Below are positions 52,841 to 64,000 of a DNA stretch of 64,000 bases, piece after piece. Where the stretch lies: NCBI GenBank assembly GCA_012295275.1, contig CM022665.1, positions 46,686,001-46,750,000 of the forward strand, given 5' to 3'. Source of the stretch: Chrysomallon squamiferum (Eukaryota; Animalia; Mollusca). The notes beneath the pieces were generated by a model. That model was not told where the DNA came from, did no database searches, and saw nothing but the letters and a program-made list of their open reading frames with translations. The stretch's first letter is position 1, and each line of letters opens with the position of its first letter. The translations under genes were made by a program, and so were the position numbers.

Positions 52841-53380
52841 CTAAAACAGAAATATAGGGACAGAGAGAAAAAGACTAATATTATTATTAATAATTATATA
52901 ATATTAAAAATTCTAAACTAGACTGTGATAAAAAAAAAATTAAATTATAAACCTGTTTTAAAAAAGTCACTTGCCCACATCAGCGATAATTGCCTCCACT
53001 TGCAGCACAGCACTTACCAAATCACTGTAGTCACACAAGTGTTCTGCCAGTAACACATCTTGCGTTGTGTAACGTGATGAATGAGGTCACCCATGTGGAG
53101 CCTCGATGGTTGTAAAAGTGGCACAGAGCCAGCGAGGGAGGGAGGGAGAGAGGAGGGAGGGGGGGGGAGAGAGGCAAAACGTGTTAACACTGCAGTTACC
53201 TAGCTACATCTCAACTCTGTCCTTTCACTCACCACATGGCCATCGTCAGGCCGCTGTCAGCTTGCCTGACAACAGCCACCGCAACGCAGGCAGAATGCTG
53301 CGCTGCTGATAAGACCACTGGCTGCTAATGGTAAACTTGCATAACAGTAGTTTTAATTGCTGGGACAGATGAATCAGATG

Positions 53381-53471
<91 letters not shown>

Positions 53472-53504
53472 CATGACAGAATTAAAATAAATATATGACA
53501 GAAT

Positions 53505-53658
53505 TGGGGCAAAAATGGAAATATATATATATAATGTTGAAAATTCTAACTTAGACAATATATATATATATATATATATATTAAACACAGAAATATAGGG
53601 CAGAAAGATAGAAATGGATATTATTTATTAATACAGAATGTTGAAAATTCTAACTTAG

Positions 53659-53695
<37 letters not shown>

Positions 53696-53772
53696 CACAA
53701 ATATGTAGGTCAAAAGATAGAAATGGATATTATTATTATTAATATATAATGTTGAAAATTCTAAATTGGACA
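53505..53772. repeat. ~105-110 bp tandem repeat, ~2.5 copies
   Basis: aatgttgaaaattctaacttagacaa(ta)n ttaaacaca...aaagatagaaatggatatt. Confidence 0.85.
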
Positions 53773-56700
53773 GTGGTGTAATGAAGTATTGTATAAGTAT
53801 TTTATGAAACCACTTGTCTACATTAATGAATAGTTGTCTTGTTTTACAGCACAGCACAGTACATACCATTAGTTTTTCATACATCTTTAAACCACTGTTT
53901 GGTGTAGTAGGTCATAGGTTACTGGTATAATTTTATTTAAACATTATCATTATTTTGTTTTATTTTATTTTATTTTATTTTATTTTATTTTATTTTATTT
54001 TATTTTATTTTATTTATTTATTTTTTTAGCAAATAATACACAGCAATTTACACTGTGAAGAAATACTACATCAGCTGCCTTTAAATGAAATATTACCCAT
54101 AATTATTTTTCTTTTATAATTTTGTTTTTCTTCTTTCTTTTTTTTTGCAGGGGGGATAAATTTGATAAAATCTATAATTATAAAATTTGTCATGAATTTC
54201 TTAATGAAAAATAGGAAAAATAACATTAGTATATTTTTTATATTGATAAAATCAGTAATAATCAAATTTTTCACGAATTTCATAATCAAGACTGAAAATT
54301 AATATTCTTTAAAAAAAAATTGTTTTATTATATATAAATATCTTTTTAAATAAATAATTAGATAAACTTTGTAATAAAATCATGAAAAAAAAAAAATAAA
54401 AAAAAAAAAACCCAAAAAAAAACACAAAAATAATCATCTTTATTGCAAACATATTAATTTTTATTGAAATAACAGATAAGAAAGAAAACTCGGTCACGTT
54501 TTCTTCTTCTTCTTCTTCTTGTTGTTAAAGTAAATGTTAACACATTAACTGTTTTAACAGTGAGAATGCTGTTTGCGAGAGAATCCTCAACTGATTTATC
54601 TACACCAAATACCATCAGTAATGAGATTTGACTGTTATTCTCATTACTAACACATGTTATTGTAACCTTCCAGCACCAGTCTATGAGTTAACTGGTTGGT
54701 ACACTTGTACTCCAGTCTCCCCTGAGTAACAGTCTATTATCCCTAGTCTGAATAATATTAGTCAGTGTTAACAGATAATAATATAGTTAACAAACTTTTT
54801 TAAATATGTCAGTTTTAGGTTTATTATTGTTGTTAATGTGTAATTAATTTGTTCGTTGAATTTTGTAAGTTAGGTGAAAAATGTGAATTTTATGTATGTC
54901 AGTTTTAGTTTGTTATTGTTAAATATATAATGAATTTGTTCATAAAATTTAGTAAATTAGATAAAATGTAAGTTTTACTTTTTTATTAGTGTGTAATTAA
55001 TTAATAAATTAATTAGTTAAAATCTTTTTATTTTTACAGATGAAATATACATATTTAAATAAATAATGATGATAATAAGTTGATTAATTATAATAATAGT
55101 AGCATTATTATAATATGTGTTGGTGTGTGTGTGTGTATTCAGTAATGAAATCACATATTTTGAAAACCACAGTTTTTTTAAATAAATAAAGAAAAGCCAA
55201 AATATGTTTATCTACAAACAATACTGCAGTTAGCATAAAAACTGTGCACAGCTATTTAAAACAACAAATAAACAAACATTATTAAATAAAAACATTTAAA
55301 AAATTTATTTATCACTAGTAGGCCTATATTCTCAAAGTGAGTTCAGGAAATACATTCACATTTGCATAATCAAACAGTTAAAAAAAAAAAAAAAAAAAAC
55401 AAAATAATTTTTTTTTTTTTTTTTTTTTTTAATATTTATTGTAGGTATGTATTACTTTTACATATAAACTGTAAAAATAGGTTTTAAAAAATTAAAACAA
55501 TTACAAATAAACAAAAAATAGTAATTTGCAGAAGGTATCGAAGCATGTCAACCAGTCATATGTCAGAGATCATTATGTAATACCGCAATAAAAAAAAAAA
55601 AAAATAAAAAAAAAAAAAAAAAAAAAAAATGTGGACACCTGAAAATAAGATTAAAAATTTTCACAGTTTTTACTGCTTCTCCCTGCTGGTTTGTCGATGT
55701 TTATGGCTTTCTCTTTCAGGTGGGTTGAAGTTAAGTAGAATGTTAATACAGGTGAGGGTTAGGCCCGTGTCTTAGATGATGTAATAATGGTCGCGGTTCT
55801 GTGAATTTAAATTAATTAATGAATATATTTGAACAAAAATAATTTTATAAAAAGCACGGATCAAATTAAAATAATTAAACAGTGGGAAAATGTTTTTAAA
55901 AATTAAAAAATATTAAAACAGTGATGGAAATAATAATAGTGACAATTAGTAGTAGTAGTAGTAGTAGTAGTAGTAATAATAATAAAATAATAACAATAAT
56001 AATAATAACAAAAATAATGATAATAATAAGGATGATGATGGTAATAATAATATTAATATTACTACTACTACTAATAGTATAATAAAATAATAATAAGGAT
56101 AATGGTAATAATAGCAATAATAACTAGTAATAATAATAATAATATTATTAATAATAATAATGATTAATTAATAAATAAGACCAGAATAAAGAGTTCAAAA
56201 ATATATAAAGAAATAAATGATCTGTTAAATATTTATTTAAATATTAAAAAAAAAAAAAAAAACAAAGGAAGAAACAAAAAAAATAAAAAAAAACAGAAAG
56301 AAAAAACCCCACTAAAAAACCCACACTCTTGTAAGTTACTCTGCCAAAAAATCTTTCTAAAAAAAAACACAAAAAAAACCCAAACAGGAATCACCATTAA
56401 TCTACATTTAAACCTGTCACGTAACACACCTTTAATTTGTTATGCTCTTTCTCTTTGTTCCTTTTTTTATTTCTTTAAACTTAAAAATCTCTGTAAGACA
56501 TGATATCCCACAATCTGTCAATATCTTAATACAGGTAACAAGTGTAGTTTCTTATCTGGATAGAGATAATCCACGATAATCTGTGACAGGTTTTATCTAC
56601 ATCAGATTTGCGATGACCCTGATGTACACTGGTTACTGTCAGGCTGACCCACTCCTGTTGAGCCTCACGCTAATGTAACAGTAACCTGCTGAGAGAGCCC

Positions 56701-56860
56701 AGTCTAGATAAAACTTTGTGTGTTTCTCTGTTTTCTTACATAAACACACACATGTATGTACACAAATCACTTGATATATATATATATATATGTACATTTG
56801 TAAAAACAGACACTTGTATAGATAGGTATACAGATAGTATAGGTAATATGCATGCATACA

Positions 56861-56893
<33 letters not shown>

Positions 56894-57147
56894 CTTTCTT
56901 TATATATACCCACAGGTATAATTACATGCACACACTCACATACACACACACACATATATTATAAAACAGATATAGATATCACATACACAAAACATTAACA
57001 AAATTTGTATATATATGTATGTATGTATTGTAATATTAATAATTACTTCTCTTTTGATTTATTTTCATTTAAATAAACAATAAACCTTCAACAAAGAAAA
57101 GTTTGTATGTATATATGTATGTATGTAAGCATATATATATATGTGTG

Positions 57148-57188
<41 letters not shown>

Positions 57189-58514
57189 ATGTGTGTATGT
57201 ATGTATGTAAGTTAGCATGTATATATTATTATATGTATATATATATGCAAACAGCCAGCTAAATAGGTAGGTAGATAAGTAGATAAATATGTGTATGTGA
57301 CAGTATGTCTATATATAATTTTCTTTATTCACTTACTCATATAAATTCCAACACATTTATAAACTCTCTTATTTATCCATTACACATATTTTCCGGTTAC
57401 TTTTTTTTTTTTTTTTTTTGGTTCTAACTTCATTTACAAGCAAAAAAAAAAAAAAAAAAACTTTCAATAAAACATTTAAAACCGAGAAATAAAATATTAA
57501 CACACAGCCCAGATTAACCTAAGCAGATAAATATTAACTCTTTGAGAGTATTTGTCAAACACATTAAAAAAAAATCTTAATTGTTCATCATCAAACCAGC
57601 AGCAGTTTTTGAGATTTTTTTTTTTTTTTTTTTTTTTTTCACCTGTCAGATCTAAAGCTTTTGTATCAACATAACTCAGCTATTAAATTTCATGGGTATA
57701 TATAAAGTAAGAGGATGGTTTTCGCAGATTCTTCATGTCATTTAGATTGATCTGCATGCAGACCAAATCTGACAGAAAGACAGATACATATCTGTATAGA
57801 TAGATATATGAATAGGTGTGGACAGACAGATTTTGACATATATGTACATACATACATGTATGTGTGTATGTGTGTGTGATGCATGTATATATTTGTGAAT
57901 ATAAATAGGTGTTTGTGTGCATGTGTGTGTACATCTATCTATCTATCTATATATATATATACATGTATCTATCTATATATATATGTATATATATATAGGA
58001 CAAACAAGTTTACATCTTTATAAAACATAAGATACAAATTCACACATGTTATATATATGTACATATATATATACATATATAAACACACACACAATAAATA
58101 TTTTCACACATAAATATATACACACAAACACAATTAGGTATACTTTTATATAAACACACACACACATACACTAACACACAGATAAATATTGACACATAAA
58201 CACAGAGACATGTAAACATACACATACATACCTATTTACATTCAAATACACACACACACACACACATACAAACACACAAATATATATATATATATATATA
58301 TACAAACACATCCATACAAAAACAGTAATAGGTATACATAAAATCGTTCACTGGTGCTGACATACATAGCACGTGTGTGATAATGTTCAAGTGTGTGTGT
58401 CGTGTACTCGCTGTAACAGTAATAAAGGTCACTGAGCTGGAACTGTTTGATTTGCTGCCAGCTCACGCTGATTTTAACTTGTCTGCCTTGTGAGTCATTG
58501 CTACTCACTTCAGT

Positions 58515-59270
58515 TCTGTGTGTATCACTGATACTGTACCACAGACTGTACCTTTTTGTGTGTACCACACAGATTGTACCATTGACAGTGTCTTTTTGTG
58601 TGTACCATACAGATTGTACTGTAGACTGTATCTGTGTGTATCACACAGATTGTACCATAGACTGTATCTTTTTGTGTGTACCATACAGATTGTACCATAG
58701 GCTGTGTCTTACTGTGTGTACCACACAGACTGTACCATAGACTGTGTCTTATTGTATGTACCATACAGATTGTACCTTTTTGTATGTACCACACAGACTG
58801 TACCATAGACTTTGTCTTACTGTGCGTACCACACAGATTGTACCGTAGACTGTATCTTTCTGTGCGTACCACACGTATTGTACCATAGACTGTGTCTTTT
58901 TGTGTGTACCGCACGTATTGTACCATAGACTGTGTCTTACTGTGTGTGTGTACCATACAGATTGTACCATAGACAGTGTCTTACTGTGTGTACCACACGT
59001 ATTGTACCATAGACTTTGTCTTACTGTGTGTACCATACAGATTGTACCATAGACTGTATCCTTTTTGTGTGTACCACACAGATTGTACCATAGACTGTGT
59101 CTTATATACCAACAGATTTTAGACTGATCTTTTTGTATGTACCACAGAAAATTGTACCATAGACTGTATCCTTTTTGTGTTTAAAATGGATATCCAATTT
59201 TATATTACAACAGATTTATTGATTTTTATGTACCACAGAAAATTATGTGTTTAAAATGGATATCCAATAT
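58515..59270. repeat. ~40 bp minisatellite, ~15-17 copies
   Basis: Unit tgtgtgtaccacacagattgtaccatagactgtgtcttac. Confidence 0.95.
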
Positions 59271-59273
59271 AGT

Positions 59274-59311
<38 letters not shown>

Positions 59312-59930
59312 TTATTTAGTTTTTATTTATCTATTATTGTTACTTATTTATTTATTTATTATTATTATTATTATTTTATTATATTATTATTATCATTAAT
59401 TTTTCTTCTTTTTTTTTTTTTTTTTTGTTTCTTTCAGTAAACAAATACTCGGCAACATTAGACACACATGAATGTAAATAAATTAATCACGCTAATTTAA
59501 CATAATTATCTCTGTGTGTGCGTGCATGTGTGAGCATGCATGCATGCATGCACATGCCTCTGTCTCTTAGCTCCTTAACATATTACAAAAAAAAAAAAAA
59601 AAAAAAAATAAAAGGATTAATATAATAAGAAACTTTTTTTAATTTTTAAATTTTTTTTTGATTTTGTTTAAATAATAAAATAAAGATAAATGTTCACATT
59701 TCGTGTCAGGCCTCTGTTTAACTGTTGAGAGCAGGTAATTAAATTTGACCAGGGTATCATTGGGTGGGTGGGTGAGGTGGGGGTGGGTGGGTGGGTGACA
59801 TGGGCACATTGGTACAAAGTGATCAGGTTGCAAGATGGGAGGATTGGAGCTGTCATGCCTCAGTGGTAATCACCTCCTCTACCCCCCCCCACCGCTCCGT
59901 CCACAGTAGTCAAACTGTGGCAAGTTGTGT

Positions 59931-59964
<34 letters not shown>

Positions 59965-60157
59965 AATTACTTACAGATGATAATGATGTCAGCCACATTT
60001 TTTTGCTTTTTTCAGTTTTTCGTTCACTTGATCCAGATTTTTTTTTTTCTTCTTGCTTTTGCTGCTGTTGGTTTTTGTTATAGTGTTGGCTGGGTTGTTG
60101 CTGTTGTTGTTGCTGTTGTTGTTTTTCTCACTGTCTCTATTTTTTTTCACCCATTGT

Positions 60158-60227
<70 letters not shown>

Positions 60228-60380
60228 TGTTTCTTCCTTCATCTTTCCATGTTTTTCATCTCTTTCACTTAGTCTATCTCTTCTACCTTTCTTTCTTTCT
60301 TTCTGTCTCTCCATCTATGTGTCACACTCTCTTTTTCTCTCTTCTTTCTTACTCTTTCTCTGAGTTTCCCTTGTTTCACT

Positions 60381-60462
<82 letters not shown>

Positions 60463-60964
60463 CCTGCATCTCTTGATTTTTTCTCTCTTTCTTTCTCTCT
60501 GTATCTCTCTGGATTTTTGCTCTCTCTCTGTATCTCTCTTTTTTCTCTCCCCCCTCTCTCTCTCTCGCTCGCTCGCTCTAACTACTAACCACTAACTATC
60601 TCTGGCAGCCATTCCTCTCCACACTTTATGATAATTGATATGACAAGAAGAAAGTTCACGGTTCACTGAATCCGACACACACACACACACACACACCACC
60701 ACCACGCTCCAATGACAACTGGACTGTTATCTTTCAATTACCCTGTCCCAGTGAAAGTGTAATAAAAATAAATTGAGTTAGCCGTTTTGATCTAGCTACT
60801 GTCCAAATACAATCAGTGGCAAGAATTTTCAGCTCATTTTGTTCAGTAATTTGTTTTCTAAAAAAAAAAAAATGTTTTAATTACATAAACAGATGTTATG
60901 AAACCGTTTCTGTGACATGTTATTTGTTGTGAATGTGACTAGAGAGAAAATAAGTGTGTGTCTT

Positions 60965-61048
<84 letters not shown>

Positions 61049-61112
61049 TACTGACAAAGTGATTATGTTTAATTCTAGTTTTAGCAAAAAAAGAAATAAT
61101 AATAATAATATG

Positions 61113-61182
<70 letters not shown>

Positions 61183-61630
61183 AAAAGCAGAGATTAGAAA
61201 GAAAGAAAGGAATGTAGAGTACAGTGCTTAAAATAAGTTTCAGGATACTTTTATTTCTCATTTGTTTATTTTCTTTTTTTCTTTTCTTTTTTTATTTCTC
61301 ATTCCTGCTCTGTTTCTCTAACTTGTCTGGAATTCTTGATATTTGTTTTTTTTGTAGCCCTTGTCTTACTTAGTCTGTTTCCAGTTTAGTCTTTAAATTT
61401 TTGGGTGTTTTTTAAGGTTAGGAATTATTTCTGTTAGTTTTCTGCAATGCTTTTTCTTTTTTCTCTATTTTCTGTGTTTGTCCTCTTTGTCCCTTTCCTT
61501 GTTTCTGTCTGTATCTCTGTCTCTCTCTTTCTCTCTTTTTCTCTGTATCTCTTTGACAATCTGTCTGTCTGTCTCTATGTCTTGTTCTCTCTGTCTGTCT
61601 GTTTCTGTCTCTGTCTGTGTTTTCTCTCTC

Positions 61631-61751
<121 letters not shown>

Positions 61752-63309
61752 TTCTCTCTCTCTCTCTTTCTGTCTCTGTCTCTCTCTCTCTCTCTCTCTC
61801 TATGCCTCTCTTTCTCTCTCTCTTTCTCACACACACACACACATTCACTCAGTAACTTACATCATTGACAGCAAAAATAAAACTTCAACATTTATGAATC
61901 TGCCTTCTATAAATCTGTCACACAAACCTCCCATTAGTCGACACTGCAAACAATGTAACCCCACTTACACGATCCGTAACAAGTTAATACTGCACAGGCC
62001 CAACTCAATCCACACAACCACACACAGAAAAAAAATAACAATTTACTTAAGTCTTGCATTATAAGCATTTAATGATATCTCTTTTCACACCCGAGCTCCC
62101 TTCTTTGATCTTCGCCGAGATCGTTAAGGTAAACTTGCAGGTTAGGTTAGGAGTCAGCGAGAACAGGTAGACCCGGATTTCCTACCTGATGTGACAATAA
62201 GCGAACTGTTCCTCGTACACAATTGACAATAGACAGGTTAACGATGCACGTGACCAGGTGTAGTAACTTTTACACACCTTGCTGTCATAGGTGGGTGTGT
62301 GTGTGTGTGTGGAGGGGGGTTTCACCTGACCGCTCGGTCGGGTCACTTTACAAGTTTGATAGGTCAGTCTGACAAGTATCTCACAAAATCGCTGGGCTGT
62401 GAAATAAAATTATTGTCTGTAAGAATCGGTGAAGTGTGAAAATCAAAAGGGGAAGGAAAATTGGCGGATGTCGGTGATCATTTTGTTAAGTGTGACTGTG
62501 TTAAATGGAATTACATAGAATATAACACGAGATTAAACAGAGATCAGTTTTTAAATTAAATAATCTCAATCTTTATGGCATAATGTGCCTTCTAAATTGG
62601 TTAACCTTTGTTCCTTTCATTTATTTATTTATTTATTAGTGTTTATTTCGGGGGTGTCATTTTGTGTTTTTTTTGCTTTTTAAATTTATTTTTAAATTCA
62701 TTTTTAATTTTTTTTCAGAGTATTATTATTTCCGGTTTTAATTCATGATGAATAAGAAAGAGGGAAATGTTTATTTATATATTTTAATTTTTTTTATATC
62801 ATTTGAAATATATTTTTATTTTTTTTATTATTATTTTTTTTTTATATTAATTATTAGTTTTAAATACAAAATGTTAATCAGTTTTCTAAATCTTAATTAT
62901 CTTAGAAATATAATTTTCTTTCTTTTTCTTTTAAATATTATTTATTAATTTTAAATACAAAATGTTAAACAATTTTTTAAATCTGAAATATTTTAGACTT
63001 TATAAAATAGCTCTTTTTTTAAATTTTGTTTTTAATATTAGTTAATTTTCATTTATTTAAATTTATTTATTTATTTATTTATTATTATTATTTTATTATT
63101 ATTATTATTAAATTATTATAATAAAATTATTTTAAAAAAAAAACATTGTGTCACTAAGTTCACTTGTTTTTTTTTTTCTCTGTTGTCAAACTTCTGCACG
63201 CTATCAAAGTCACCAGGTCATGTGATGTCAAGATAATGAATAATGGAGATTTAAAAAAAAAGAAGAAGAAAAGAACACAACTCCTTAAAGTCAGGTTATA
63301 ACAATAGTG

Positions 63310-63570
63310 TACACTGTTTTACATCAAACAAGCTTACTGACAGGAAATGACGTATAGTCATGCCTTGATTTTGCAACACTGTAAAAATTGTTATTACAAA
63401 GATTTATTTTCATGTATTTATATACTTTAAGAAAAAAAAAAAACGGGAGGGGGGAAAACCCTATTGAACTGATACACATTGTAATACACTGTTTTACATC
63501 AAAGTGGTTACCGAGGGGATGACGTATGAGTCATGTGTTGATTTTATAACACTGTGAAATTGTTATTACT
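63310..63570. repeat. Diverged direct duplication (~85 bp core, ~176 bp spacing)
   Basis: tacactgttttacatcaaa...ttac.ga..g.atgacgtat..gtcatg..ttgatttt..aacactgt.aaattgttattac at ~63310 and ~63486. Confidence 0.75.
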
Positions 63571-64000
63571 GTGTTTTATTTTTATTTATTAAAACTACTG
63601 AACTGGGTTGTGAAAGTCGTACAGATTAAAACAACGTTTGTGCACTGATTTTTGTGTGAAGACTGCAATAAAAGGTCGTTTAATATTTTATTTTGCTTAT
63701 CTGTGAATGCGTTTATTGTCTTTTTGTGTGTGTATGTATTTATGTATATGTGCACATATGTACGTATGTGTGTGTGTAAGTATATGTGTACATATGTGTA
63801 TGTATGTATGTATTCTGTTTTGAATATATATCAGTAAAATTTCATTTAATGTTTGACAAAATCTAAATAAATAATAATAATAATAATAATAATACTATTA
63901 CTACTACTACTAATAATAATAATAATAATGATACTTCTACTACTATTACTATTACTACTACTACTACTACTACTACTTCTAATAATAAATTATATTTCCC

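Noticed and set aside
58447-59036. Cys/His-rich ORFs resembling metal-binding repeats (CVYHTDC)
   Set aside because: They are translations of a ~40 bp minisatellite with frame-shifting unit lengths, open on both strands.

Overview
Eukaryotic, very AT-rich animal genomic DNA dense in micro- and minisatellites. A degenerate SINE family suggests a gastropod mollusc, which is an inference from recall. Almost all ORFs in the supplied track are microsatellite noise, and the real genes are spliced. I could hand-assemble three coding units. (1) A complete 6-exon + strand SWSAP1-like RecA/RAD51-paralog ATPase, 11266-37693, 237 aa, with its Walker A motif split by an intron. (2) A + strand parvin gene, exons 1-11 at 41295-50741. 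Its exons 5 and 11 are garbled and its last exons are not visible in the window. (3) The first coding exon of a divergent - strand gene (7972-7841), tentatively a DUSP8/16-type MAPK phosphatase, with a uORF-rich leader. The most striking non-annotated signal is a set of tandem repeats built from splice junctions: 18 decoy 3' splice sites before parvin exon 5, donor copies after it, a frame-preserving duplication of the exon 6 acceptor, and an array of - strand donors plus AP-1 sites inside SWSAP1 intron 3. No CRISPR array, rRNA or tRNA gene was recognised.
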